Shown here: positions 25,216 to 34,797 of the stretch, in pieces | How positions within the stretch are numbered: the first letter of the stretch is position 1 | Layout: each line of letters opens with the position of its first letter | Assembly (NCBI GenBank): GCA_030681595.1 | Contig: JAUXSB010000037.1 | Coordinates: forward strand, 133,708-197,707 | DNA from: Candidatus Omnitrophota bacterium | Lineage (GTDB): Bacteria > Omnitrophota > Gorgyraeia > Ghiorseimicrobiales > Ghiorseimicrobiaceae | Direction: 5' to 3' | DNA length: 64,000 nucleotides | Position numbers and translations under genes: made by a program | Notes under the pieces: generated by a model | Told to the model about the DNA's origin: nothing | What the model saw: only the letters and a program-made list of their open reading frames with translations | Database searches by the model: none

Positions 25216-27123
25216 TTAGGAAGCGGTTGCTTCAGGGGCTTTATCTTTATCGGTATTAGCGCTTAAGCCGGTGATCTTTCTAACTTCTTCCACATCTAAA
25301 ACTTCTTTTTCCAAGAGAGCATTGGCTAGAGCTGTAAGGCTTTCTTTATTCTGACCTATAATGGTTTTGGCGCGTTCGTAAGCGTGGTAAATTATTTTTC
25401 TTACTTCCTCATCGATAATTTTTGCGGTTTCCTCGCTGTAGTCCCTTTCTGCCATGATATCCCGGCCTAGAAATAATGGGCCATGGTGTGAACCAAGAGT
25501 GATGTTACCAAGCTTTTCGCTCATTCCGAATTCGCATACCATTTTTCGGGCAAGCTTACTTGTGCGCTGCAAATCATCTTGGGCTCCGGTAGTAATTTCA
25601 CCCAATATCGTCTGCTCGGCCACTCTTCCGCCTAAAGATACAGTCAGCATAGCAATTAATTCCTCTTTCGAGTAATTATGCTTATCTTCCTGCGGCGGCA
25701 TGATAGTATAGCCTCCGGCCATACCGCGGGGTATAATTGACACTTTTGTCAGCGGGTTAGCCTCCGGTGTTAAAAGCGATAATAAGGCATGGCCTGCTTC
25801 ATGGTATGCAGTAATCTCCTTTTCCTTCTTAGAGATTATCCTGCTTTTTTTCTCCGGGCCCATGAGTACTCTTTCTATCGCCGCTTCCAGTTCTTTTATG
25901 GTTACCGCTTCTTTATTAAAACGCGCGGCCAATAGTGCTGCTTCATTACAAAGGTTAGCTAAATCTGCTCCTGAGAATCCTGAAGTCTGCTTGGCTATCG
26001 TTTTCAGGTCTACATCGGGAGCAAGTTTGATGTTGCGTATGTGCACCTTTAATATTGCTTCTCTGCCTAAAATATCCGGTAAGTTAACAACGATATGGCG
26101 GTCGAACCTTCCGGGGCGCAACAATGCCGTGTCTAAAGTATCCGGACGGTTGGTTGCGGCAATGATAATCAGGCCTTCAGTGGTATCAAAGCCGTCCATT
26201 TCGGATAAAAGCTGGTTTAAGGTTTGTTCTCTTTCGTCGTGCCCTCCGCCGATACCGGCAAAACGCTGCCTGCCGACAGCGTCAATTTCGTCAATAAATA
26301 CAATACAGCCCTTACCGGAAATTTTTCCCGCACGCCGCCCTTGCTCAAACAGGTCGCGTACCCGGCTAGCGCCTACACCAACAAACATTTCTACGAAATC
26401 AGACCCGCTGATTGAGAAAAACGGTACATCTGCTTCGCCAGCGACAGCTTTAGCCAAGAGGGTTTTACCGCATCCCGGCGGGCCGACCAGTAAAACTCCT
26501 CTGGGGATCTTGCCGCCTAATCTTTGGAATTTTTTAGGGTCTTTTAAAAATTCAATTACTTCCTGCAGTTCTTCCTTGGCTTCTTCTATGCCGGCGACAT
26601 CCTGAAAGGTTATTTTTTTAGCGGATAAGTCTTCTTGTGGTTTAGAGCGTATTTTTCCGAATGACCAGATTTTATTGCCGAGCTGGTTGCCGCGATAGCT
26701 AAAATACCAGAGGAACCCGATGAAAAGAATCATTGGGCCTAAAGAATAAAATAAGCTCGCCCAGAAAGTTCTCAATGGTTTTATTTCAAATTGCGGGATA
26801 TTGTTGCGTAAGAGCGGGATTAATTCCGGGTCAGAATCAGGGATATTAACAATAAATTTTTCTCCATTAAGATATTCCCCTTGAAGCAGGCTTTCGGTTT
26901 TAAAAACCGACTTTATTTTAGGGCTGGTAGGATTTTCTTTGACTAACCGATAAAATTCGCCGTAACCTATCTCTTTGGTGGAGACCCTCATTCCCGCGTT
27001 TGGCAGTTCAAAAATATAAACTATTGTTAATAGTATTATGAAGCTAAAGATGAGCCTTCTTAATAAGTTATTATTTTTAGCAGGTTTTTTATTCTTTTTG
27101 TTGCTGATTTTGTGGTTATTCAT
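25216..27123 (-). CDS. ftsH: ATP-dependent zinc metalloprotease FtsH
   Basis: N-terminal TM region, AAA+ Walker A GPPGCGKT, second region of homology, and the HEAGHA zinc motif. Confidence 0.9.
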   Translation of the reverse strand: MNNHKISNKKNKKPAKNNNLLRRLIFSFIILLTIVYIFELPNAGMRVSTKEIGYGEFYRLVKENPTSPKIKSVFKTESLLQGEYLNGEKFIVNIPDSDPELIPLLRNNIPQFEIKPLRTFWASLFYSLGPMILFIGFLWYFSYRGNQLGNKIWSFGKIRSKPQEDLSAKKITFQDVAGIEEAKEELQEVIEFLKDPKKFQRLGGKIPRGVLLVGPPGCGKTLLAKAVAGEADVPFFSISGSDFVEMFVGVGASRVRDLFEQGRRAGKISGKGCIVFIDEIDAVGRQRFAGIGGGHDEREQTLNQLLSEMDGFDTTEGLIIIAATNRPDTLDTALLRPGRFDRHIVVNLPDILGREAILKVHIRNIKLAPDVDLKTIAKQTSGFSGADLANLCNEAALLAARFNKEAVTIKELEAAIERVLMGPEKKSRIISKKEKEITAYHEAGHALLSLLTPEANPLTKVSIIPRGMAGGYTIMPPQEDKHNYSKEELIAMLTVSLGGRVAEQTILGEITTGAQDDLQRTSKLARKMVCEFGMSEKLGNITLGSHHGPLFLGRDIMAERDYSEETAKIIDEEVRKIIYHAYERAKTIIGQNKESLTALANALLEKEVLDVEEVRKITGLSANTDKDKAPEATAS

Positions 27124-27191
27124 AATGATAGAGTTTTCTCCCGTTCTCGTTATTATTTATGCAAACAAATAGTATATTACATTTTGCTTAT

Positions 27192-28196
27192 TTAAGCAAG
27201 GTTTTTATGACGAAAGTATAATTTGATTAATCCGGCAGTTTTTAAAACAGAAATACCTCCCGGCAGGTCAACAATTGATCCGGTTTTTCTATTTTCTATT
27301 AAATCTTCCAATTCGTATACGTGCCGGTAATCAATGCCTCTTAGGTCACCCTTAATTTTTTCAATACTTAAGCGCAATGCTATGCGCCGTAAGGCCGCGT
27401 GTAATTTTAAAAATTCTTTTGTTTCTAAGTTGATCGGCCCGGAATTTCGCGAAGTTATTATTCTATTCAGGCGATTCTGAGCCATATTTTTTATGTATTC
27501 ATAGTCCAGGCTTATGCTTTGGGCGGTACTGGCTAAAATATCAACGATATTTTTATTGTATTTGATTAGCTCGGGAATAAGCCGGTTGCGGATGCGGTTT
27601 CGAAAATAAGAGTCTTCTTTATTGGTATGGTCGATCCGGTAAGGAATTTTTTTTGTTTTTAAGTACCTTAGGATCTCTATTTTATTTGCTTCAATAACCG
27701 GCCTTATCAGGATGTATTTAGATATCTTTCTTTTAGGCAGTATCGCCGAAAGCCCGTACAATCCTGCGCCTCTTAAGAGGCGCATTAAGATAGTTTCCGC
27801 TTGGTCGTCTTTAGTATGCCCCAGGGCAATTTTTGAAGATTTGGTTTTAGCGGCTACTTTAAATAAAAAATCCTGCCGCGCTTTACGCGCTGTTTCTTCG
27901 AGGGACGCATTGACTTTAATCTTTTTTACATCTATCTGTTTATAGTAAAACGGAATTTTTAATTTTTCCGACAGCCTTTGCGCAAACAATAAATCTCGCA
28001 GGGAATCTTTGCCTCTTAACATATGGTCGAGGTGCGCGCAGGTAAGCCTGAGACGGAACTCTTTTTTAAAAAAATTCAATAAATACAAGAGGCAAACTGA
28101 ATCAGGCCCGCCGGAAAGCGCTATTACTATAGAGTCGTTTTTATCTATTAGCCTGTATTTTTTAATAGTTAGCAGTACTTTGTCGGTAAGTTTCAT
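27192..28196 (-). CDS. tilS: tRNA(Ile)-lysidine synthase
   Basis: SGGPDS PP-loop and TilS N- and C-terminal domains. 334 aa. Confidence 0.8.
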   Translation of the reverse strand: MKLTDKVLLTIKKYRLIDKNDSIVIALSGGPDSVCLLYLLNFFKKEFRLRLTCAHLDHMLRGKDSLRDLLFAQRLSEKLKIPFYYKQIDVKKIKVNASLEETARKARQDFLFKVAAKTKSSKIALGHTKDDQAETILMRLLRGAGLYGLSAILPKRKISKYILIRPVIEANKIEILRYLKTKKIPYRIDHTNKEDSYFRNRIRNRLIPELIKYNKNIVDILASTAQSISLDYEYIKNMAQNRLNRIITSRNSGPINLETKEFLKLHAALRRIALRLSIEKIKGDLRGIDYRHVYELEDLIENRKTGSIVDLPGGISVLKTAGLIKLYFRHKNLA

Positions 28197-28221
28197 TGCG
28201 TGGGAAAACGCTATTGATAAT

Positions 28222-29133
28222 TTATTCGAGGAAAAATACCTCTTTTGCTTCTCCGGTTTTTTCGTTTACCTTGACTACGTGGAATATTTTTGTCTTTTTC
28301 TCTTCAAAGCCAACTTCCCAGAAGCCTTTTTCTGCGTTATCGCTCACAGATAAAAATTCCATTTCTTTTTTACGGTAATCGTTGTGGTTTTTGAAATAGT
28401 ATTCAGCTACAAAAATCGCCTCTTCCTTGCCTATGAGCGGTTCCTGTGGCTCTGTGGCTAGAGAGCTTTCCGCGTCTTCTTTTTTGATGGTCAGCTTTTC
28501 TATGGCACTTTGTTTTATGCTTATTCCTTTCGGCGTTATTTCCGGGCCTTCTCTTAAAGAAACGATATTTATCTTTATCGAGTCAGCTGTAAATGTTCCG
28601 GTGAGAGCTTTGTCTAAAAACGGCGACAGGTCTTGGTAAGAACAGCTTATTTCATAAGCGCCTTTTTTCCAAAATGGCTGATAGCCAGCGACAGGCTTGT
28701 TCTTTATATTATAGCCTTCGGATTTTACTTTTAACCGCGCATATTCTATTTCGTTTCCCGGTAACACCGCGGAATAATCCGTTGGATAAAACGGCCCCTT
28801 GTCATCTTCTAGGAAAAATTTTTCTCCCGAAGGGTTTGTGATTACCAATTTCGTATTTAGGAGCGGGCGTAGTGTCTGGATGTAGCATACGCGCCCGGAA
28901 AGGTTTTCTGCGGATACGGTAATGATAATCTCTTCGCCGATCCTGTATATCGGTTTATCGGTTTTTATGCTGAACCTGACGATTGGCTTTTCTGTTTTAG
29001 AGAAACCGTCAGAGGGAGAAAAAAAGGATAAGGACATACCCGTTAATACACATACCGCTATTCTTTTATACGCCTTTTTTCTATTTATTGTCATTCGCCG
29101 GCCCCTTTTCGTTAATAAATTTCTGTTCTTCAT
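28222..29133 (-). CDS. Hypothetical secreted/lipoprotein
   Basis: Signal peptide. No confident homology. Confidence 0.3.
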   Translation of the reverse strand: MKNRNLLTKRGRRMTINRKKAYKRIAVCVLTGMSLSFFSPSDGFSKTEKPIVRFSIKTDKPIYRIGEEIIITVSAENLSGRVCYIQTLRPLLNTKLVITNPSGEKFFLEDDKGPFYPTDYSAVLPGNEIEYARLKVKSEGYNIKNKPVAGYQPFWKKGAYEISCSYQDLSPFLDKALTGTFTADSIKINIVSLREGPEITPKGISIKQSAIEKLTIKKEDAESSLATEPQEPLIGKEEAIFVAEYYFKNHNDYRKKEMEFLSVSDNAEKGFWEVGFEEKKTKIFHVVKVNEKTGEAKEVFFLE

Positions 29134-29572
29134 ATACCTGTTCCGGAAACATCCTTTCTTCGGAAATCGTATCTTCTAAGGCGGAAACCTTTTCTAATTG
29201 AAACAAGTAGTCCGAGTATTCCTGCGGATTATAATTTGTGCTTCTTAATTCTTCTTTTTGCGCATTTTCGATTTCTAACAATTCATCATCTTTGTCTTTG
29301 TCTAGGCGCTCCCTGATTTTATCTTCTTTGTCGGGATTGCTTAATAAGCTATCTTTAACTTCTTCGGCAATGTCGCCCCGGCCTGATATTTCATCTATCG
29401 TCAGGCGTTCGGATATCCTTTCTAAAATAGTTTTTCTTAATTTTAGAAGCCTGATTTTAGATTCCTGTTTAAAAATCCACATGGCTTCTAACTTTTTCCG
29501 CTCTTGATAATATAGTTGTTTAAGCAGTTCGATATACATATAAATAAGTGACGGCGAGTGGATTTGAACCAC
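29081..29572 (-). CDS. Hypothetical charged coiled-coil protein
   Basis: Highly charged E/K-rich ORF. The annotated 5' end overlaps tRNA-Met, so the true start is probably the internal Met (MYIELLKQ). Confidence 0.3.
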   Translation of the reverse strand: MVQIHSPSLIYMYIELLKQLYYQERKKLEAMWIFKQESKIRLLKLRKTILERISERLTIDEISGRGDIAEEVKDSLLSNPDKEDKIRERLDKDKDDELLEIENAQKEELRSTNYNPQEYSDYLFQLEKVSALEDTISEERMFPEQVYEEQKFINEKGPANDNK

Positions 29573-29622
29573 TGGCCGAGCGGGTATGAGCCGCTTGCTC
29601 TACCAGGCTGAGCTACGCCGCC
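29549..29622 (-). tRNA. tRNA-Met/Ile2 (anticodon CAU; elongator type, 1-72 paired), no CCA encoded
   Basis: The reverse complement GGCGGCGTAGCTCAGCCTGGTAGAGCAAGCGGCTCATACCCGCTCGGCCAGTGGTTCAAATCCACTCGCCGTCA forms a cloverleaf. tilS is nearby, so a lysidine-modified tRNA-Ile2 is possible. Confidence 0.8.
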
Positions 29623-29769
29623 AAAATTTAGTTATTAATTCAAAAAACAGCACCGCTTGTTAATGACGGCACAACTTATGGAGTTGTAAAACGACATAAG
29701 TTGTTTAGCCGGAATTAATCTCGACAACTGCAAGAAGCATTTGGGACAAATTTTCGTAGCGTATTGTTG

Positions 29770-29799
29770 TCGAGCTCTACCAGACTGAGCTATCCCGCC
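29770..29799 (-). pseudogene. tRNA-Met-like 5'-half fragment (acceptor plus D arm only)
   Basis: GGCGGGATAGCTCAGTCTGGTAGAGC is near-identical to the 5' 26 nt of the adjacent tRNA-Met. No anticodon or T arm follows. Hairpins fill the 150 nt between it and the tRNA. Confidence 0.35.
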
Positions 29800-29836
29800 A
29801 TAAATTTTCTAACGGGGTAAACCGCTTTGTTCAATC

Positions 29837-30076
29837 TCAATTTCGAAATAATTTATAGAAAAATTCAAATTTATCGCAGAAATTAGCCAACAATATAAAA
29901 AGTGTTACAGTCGATATTATGGCAAAAAAACTAAAAAATAGCAAGGCTCTTCTGCTTGCATAGATAAGGATAGCTATAACCAATAAAATAGGTATACCGA
30001 TGGTAAAGGCAATCGGCAGGTGCAAGCTTACCCACCATTCGGGTATTTTAATAAGAATATTTTTAAAGTTATCCAT
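29837..30076 (-). CDS. Small membrane protein (2 TM)
   Basis: 79-aa hydrophobic ORF. Confidence 0.3.
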   Translation of the reverse strand: MDNFKNILIKIPEWWVSLHLPIAFTIGIPILLVIAILIYASRRALLFFSFFAIISTVTLFILLANFCDKFEFFYKLFRN

Positions 30077-30149
30077 ATCTGTAGCGGTTAGCGTTTAGCG
30101 GATAGCGGATAGTTTTATTTCCTAAGCGCTACACGCTCTACGCTATGCG

Positions 30150-30935
30150 CTATTTTCTATATGCGTTCAAAAACGAATCGCAATATATCTGCTTATTCAG
30201 AATTAGCTCCGCGGCAATAAGCGCATCCATTAAATCATTATCTAAAGGGTCTAATATCGCGCTGTCTAAGCCGCATCCTTGAGCCATGACCAAGAAAGTA
30301 CGGTTAATTAAGCTCCTCTGATTTGTACCCTGCGAAACATTGCTTAGGCCTACCACGGTTTTGGGCGCTGGATCAGACAAAATTTTAAATTCCCTTATTG
30401 TCTCAAGCACCTCTTGGCCTTGTGATTGCGCGACATTTACCGGAAGGACAATTGGATCAAGGTAGAGATTGTTAACGGGAAAACCATTGTCCTGACAGTA
30501 GGTTATAATCTGTACTGCGAGTTCCAAGCGCTGTAATTTATCCTGCGGCACGCCCTTCTTGCTCATCGCAAGGCCGATTAAGGCGCTATTATATTTTAAT
30601 GCCATAGGGACTAATGTATCGAGTTTCTCCTGGTCGGCATAGGCCGAATTGATTACAGTTTTATTTTTGGCAATAGACAGCCCTGCTTCTATTACGTCCG
30701 GCCTTGTGCTGTCTAAACAAAGAGGGGTATCTACGACTTCCTGAATAGCCTCAACTAGCCATTTCATCGTGTCTTTAGGGTTGGCTGATGCCGGGCCGCA
30801 GTTCACATCGAGTGCCGATGAACCGGCTTTTGTCTGCGCGATAGCTATTTCCTGAATCGCCTTTTTATCTTTATTTTTTATTGCTTCCTGAACATTTTTG
30901 TACATCCCGTTGATGAGTTCGCCGATGATAAACAT
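30150..30935 (-). CDS. acsE: 5-methyltetrahydrofolate:corrinoid/iron-sulfur protein methyltransferase (MeTr)
   Basis: DHPS-like pterin-binding TIM barrel. Strong resemblance to Moorella MeTr (IIGE.INGM...LD.N.GPA...LCLDST...NRTFL.MA..CGLD). 261 aa. Confidence 0.8.
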   Translation of the reverse strand: MFIIGELINGMYKNVQEAIKNKDKKAIQEIAIAQTKAGSSALDVNCGPASANPKDTMKWLVEAIQEVVDTPLCLDSTRPDVIEAGLSIAKNKTVINSAYADQEKLDTLVPMALKYNSALIGLAMSKKGVPQDKLQRLELAVQIITYCQDNGFPVNNLYLDPIVLPVNVAQSQGQEVLETIREFKILSDPAPKTVVGLSNVSQGTNQRSLINRTFLVMAQGCGLDSAILDPLDNDLMDALIAAELILNKQIYCDSFLNAYRK

Positions 30936-31022
30936 CCCTTCGTTCTCCTTATTTTTAAGTAACCAGATGACAGTTGTACCCTTTCGGGCACAGGCCAGAT
31001 ACCAGAAAATTCTGGTTACTGG

Positions 31023-32003
31023 TTACTGGTTGCTGGTTATTGGTTGCATTAATTCATCGATATTTTTCTTAACTATTTCTATGGCTTTTGGGTGGCGCAT
31101 TAAAATGATATCCGCCCCGGCCTGTAAAAACGCGTTTGCAGTGAGAGCTTCCCAGAGGATACCGCGTTCGAGTTCCTTGCCCCAATCCGGGAATTCGGTT
31201 ATACTCGCCTTGGCTTCTTTAGTGCGCCAAGCCTCCTGCCCTACAAAACAGATAAACGGCTGAGAAAGCATTTTATCTCCGCCGAGAGCGGCAATACGCG
31301 CGCGCTCCATTATAGAATAAGCGTATTCTAATCCGTATCCCAAGGCACCCACCGTAGGGTTAATCACTGTCCTGTTTGAGGGCATGCCCATTTCGCTGAT
31401 TAATATATTCAACTGCTTGGCAATATTTATATCTATGGGAGATTCCGCGATAATGTTATGTCCGTAGGCAAGGCAGGCAGCAGCCAGCGTCTTATAATTT
31501 TTCTGTACTGCGTCGCCGATTAAACAGCGCTCGCCTTTCGCTGCTTCCGCGCATTGGGGCAGGATAAGGTTATCCTTCGTCTCATCGTTTGAGCCTAAGA
31601 TAATCAAGGGAATTTTTACCGCGGATAAAATATCTTTTATTAACTTTACCGCATCGGTATCGGATTTATTGCCGTTATCGGGATGCGTCCCGGCAAGCCG
31701 TATCGCGATAAGCTCAGCTTTAAATTCCTTTTCGCATTTGACTGCCCACTCGACCGGATCTTTTAGCGTTTTACCATAGGGTTCTTTTAGGGTATTCGGC
31801 CAGTCTAGGGGTTCAATATCGGAAATCTCAAAAGCGACTACGGGTTTATTGGGTATGTCTGATTCTTCAAAGAGATAAGGTAAACCAGTCTGCCCGCCTA
31901 CCTTAACTGCCCTATCGCGGCTGCCCCCTTCAGCTTTTGTTGCGCCGATACTGATAATATCTACTGTGTTTGACCATTTTTCTTTTAATGCTTCTAACGG
32001 CAT
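31023..32003 (-). CDS. acsD: Corrinoid iron-sulfur protein small (delta) subunit
   Basis: About 325-aa TIM-barrel CFeSP small subunit. Positioned between cooC-like and acsE. The 3' end carries CTGGTTA heptamer repeats. Confidence 0.75.
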   Translation of the reverse strand: MPLEALKEKWSNTVDIISIGATKAEGGSRDRAVKVGGQTGLPYLFEESDIPNKPVVAFEISDIEPLDWPNTLKEPYGKTLKDPVEWAVKCEKEFKAELIAIRLAGTHPDNGNKSDTDAVKLIKDILSAVKIPLIILGSNDETKDNLILPQCAEAAKGERCLIGDAVQKNYKTLAAACLAYGHNIIAESPIDINIAKQLNILISEMGMPSNRTVINPTVGALGYGLEYAYSIMERARIAALGGDKMLSQPFICFVGQEAWRTKEAKASITEFPDWGKELERGILWEALTANAFLQAGADIILMRHPKAIEIVKKNIDELMQPITSNQ

Positions 32004-32800
32004 ACGGCCTCCATTATGCTTGTTATCGCTTCTAAAGCGACAGAACCTTTTTCAAGTTCCATCAGCGGTTTTCCTTCAAGAGAAAGCTTTAATACCTCTT
32101 CATCGTTAGGTACAAATTTTAAATCATCAATTTTTATCTTGGAAAATTCTTTTTTTATTCCTTCTTTGTCTTGGCTATCCTTTGTGCGGTTGACTAAAAC
32201 GATAAATTTTTTTATTTCAATGTTTAACTCTTTTACTAAATCATAAATTCTCTTAGCGGATTTTATGCCCACTGGCGTAGGGTCAGAAATAATCAGGAGG
32301 CAGTCTGCTTTTCTGGTTGTGCGGCGCGAAAGGTGCTCAAGGCCTGCTTCATTATCAATCACCACAAACTTATAGTCTGAAGCAATTTTTGAATTGATGT
32401 TACGCAGGGTATTATTTGCGTAGCAATAACATCCGGGGCCTTCCGGCCTTCCCATAGCTAAGAGGTCTAAAGAGCTGGATTCTTCAATCGCAGATTGTAC
32501 CCGGTATTCAATATACCTGTCTTTGGTCATCCCCGCCGGAATTTTATCAATATTTTTGCTAATTTCGTCAATAATCGCGCCGATATTCTCTTTAGGGGTA
32601 ATTCCTAATACATCACCAAGGTTACTATTCGGGTCGGCATCAATAGCTAAAATGGGGGTTTTTTTATTTTCTGCTAGATACCTTATGACCAGGCCTGCGA
32701 TAGTGGTTTTGCCCGTTCCGCCTTTTCCTGCAACTGCGATAGTATATGACATGTAACCCTTAACTGTTTCCACACCGCGGGGGTGTGTAACCACGTACAC
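31994..32800 (-). CDS. cooC: CooC/AcsF-type nickel-insertion ATPase (MinD/ParA family)
   Basis: Deviant Walker A AVAGKGGTGKTT. The likely true start is MSYTIAVAGKGG near 32752, as the upstream residues overlap a GC-rich palindrome. Confidence 0.7.
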   Translation of the reverse strand: MYVVTHPRGVETVKGYMSYTIAVAGKGGTGKTTIAGLVIRYLAENKKTPILAIDADPNSNLGDVLGITPKENIGAIIDEISKNIDKIPAGMTKDRYIEYRVQSAIEESSSLDLLAMGRPEGPGCYCYANNTLRNINSKIASDYKFVVIDNEAGLEHLSRRTTRKADCLLIISDPTPVGIKSAKRIYDLVKELNIEIKKFIVLVNRTKDSQDKEGIKKEFSKIKIDDLKFVPNDEEVLKLSLEGKPLMELEKGSVALEAITSIMEAVCR

Positions 32801-32811
32801 CCCCGCGGTGT
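32772..32811. repeat. GC-rich perfect palindrome ACACCGCGGGGGTGT-GTAACCACGT-ACACCCCCGCGGTGT
   Basis: 15-bp perfect arms, intergenic between RACo and the cooC-like gene. Shares CACGT/GTAAC motifs with the other REP-like elements. Confidence 0.65.
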
Positions 32812-32817
32812 ATATGG

Positions 32818-34725
32818 TTAAAATTTTATTGATGGAAACTTATCTAAGTCTGTATGCGGGAAAAAAAGTGCCGCGATATATTCATCCATATATTTGGCAT
32901 CCGTAGAAAGCTCAAAATAAGTAATCTTACGGGCTATATCTTCTGCTTTGTGTATGGCGTCGGCAGATAAAAGTATTTCTTTTGCTCCGGCGAGCGAGCT
33001 GTTACCCACAAATCTAAAGCGGCTGCGTTCAATATCGGGGAGAAGCCCTATGGTGATAGCGTTTTCCATATCCACATATGTGCCGAAGCCACCGCATAAG
33101 AATATCTTTTTTACGTCTTTAAAATCCAACCCCATATGTTTTATTAAGATTGACGCGGCGGCATAGATTGCTCCCTTCGCTCGTTTTAAATTGTCAATAT
33201 CAACTTCGTTTATATGGATGTTATCGGTTAAGACGAATTCTCTGCCAAATTCACCGTTTTGTATGCGTTCGCTTTTTATATCGTTTATTTTTCCATTTTT
33301 ATCCATTATGCCTATCTTGAGCATCTCTGCCAGAATATCAATATAACCCGAGCCGCAGATGCCCCGCGGCGGCTCATCGGCAATGGTGGTAAAGCTTGCG
33401 CTAAGGTTTTTTTTGTCAATTTTAACTTTTTGTATCGCGCCTTTTGAGGCGCGCATGCCGCAGCTGACCCCTGAGCCTTCAAATGCCGGCCCGGCGCTAG
33501 CGGCGGCAGATATCATCCATTCGCGGTTACCGAGGGCAATTTCGCCGTTTGTGCCGACATCAATTAAGAGGCATAAGTCTTCTTCTCTGTCCATTCCGCA
33601 GGCAAGGACCCCAGCGGTAATATCGCCTCCGACATAACTGGATATGCCCGGAACACAGGACAATAGCCCCCGTGGGTTAATTTTTATTCCTGTTTCCTGC
33701 GCGCGGATTACAGGCACAAAGTTAGCGGTTGGTACATATGGGTCGCGCCTGATGTAGGTAGGGTCAACGCGCAATAATAAATGTATCATCGTGGTATTTC
33801 CCGCGCACATACAGCAGGTCACGTTATTCAAATCAATGTTATTTTCTCTGATTAAGTCTTGAATGATATCATTCATCCCATCGATAACTGCATGATGCAA
33901 GCGTTCCAATCCCTCTTCTTTTTGGGCGTAGACAATACGAGTTATGACATCGCTGCCGAATGTTGCCTGTTGGTTAAAGCTGGCTTTGGTGCCGAGGACT
34001 TTTTTAGTGTTTAAATCTATGAGTTGCCCGGAAATAGTGGTTGTGCCGATATCAAAGGCAATACCGTAATTATTTTTAGCGGTATTGCCTTGTTCAATGA
34101 GGATGATTTCTGTCGTATCGTTCCTGTTGCCCAGCATAACAGTAACCTTAAAATCAGCAGAACGCAGCATGCTGCCTAAGCGGCGGATATTGGCCAAGCC
34201 TGTCTGCATTATGGGGACATCTTTAATTTTGCGGATTTCCCGGTAGAGGCGTTCTAAGTCGCTAATTTTATCTTCTGTAGTCGGCTTAGGCAGTTTCAGG
34301 TATAGTTTTGTGGCCAGCGGCGAATGAAGAAAAATATCTTTTTTAATTAATGCTTCGCTTTTTTCTATGGATTCCGGAGTGGAATATACGCCTTTTAAGC
34401 GGGACAAATAAGCTTCTTCTTCGCTTATTTTACTTAAATCCAGGCGGGAGGTTTCAGGGATTTCTACTTCAATATCTGATAACGCCGTCGTCAGGCAGGC
34501 TAAGTATAACCCTTGCCTGCGTTCTTCAGCGGTAATTCTACCTGTGGGCAGGGTACTAACCTGGCCTTTTTTTATCAGGACTTTGCATCTTCCGCAGACA
34601 CCGTCACCGGCGCAGCTGGAGTTAAGGTTTAAGCCTAAAGAAATAGCCGCGGATAAAAGGGTTTTGCCCTTATCTATGGCGACTGTTTTGTTATCCGGAT
34701 GAAAAGTAACTTTAAATTTTTCCAT
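32818..34725 (-). CDS. Corrinoid activation/regeneration protein (RACo/AcsV-like: [2Fe-2S] ferredoxin domain plus ASKHA ATPase)
   Basis: N-terminal plant-type ferredoxin Cys pattern (CAGDGVCGRCKV). C-terminal actin-like ATPase region. About 635 aa, typical for RACo. Confidence 0.7.
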   Translation of the reverse strand: MEKFKVTFHPDNKTVAIDKGKTLLSAAISLGLNLNSSCAGDGVCGRCKVLIKKGQVSTLPTGRITAEERRQGLYLACLTTALSDIEVEIPETSRLDLSKISEEEAYLSRLKGVYSTPESIEKSEALIKKDIFLHSPLATKLYLKLPKPTTEDKISDLERLYREIRKIKDVPIMQTGLANIRRLGSMLRSADFKVTVMLGNRNDTTEIILIEQGNTAKNNYGIAFDIGTTTISGQLIDLNTKKVLGTKASFNQQATFGSDVITRIVYAQKEEGLERLHHAVIDGMNDIIQDLIRENNIDLNNVTCCMCAGNTTMIHLLLRVDPTYIRRDPYVPTANFVPVIRAQETGIKINPRGLLSCVPGISSYVGGDITAGVLACGMDREEDLCLLIDVGTNGEIALGNREWMISAAASAGPAFEGSGVSCGMRASKGAIQKVKIDKKNLSASFTTIADEPPRGICGSGYIDILAEMLKIGIMDKNGKINDIKSERIQNGEFGREFVLTDNIHINEVDIDNLKRAKGAIYAAASILIKHMGLDFKDVKKIFLCGGFGTYVDMENAITIGLLPDIERSRFRFVGNSSLAGAKEILLSADAIHKAEDIARKITYFELSTDAKYMDEYIAALFFPHTDLDKFPSIKF

Positions 34726-34797
34726 TAAATGAGCGCATAATCCCGAAGCTTCGGGATTATTTGCGCGAATTTATCCCGTATTGTACGAAACGGGGGC

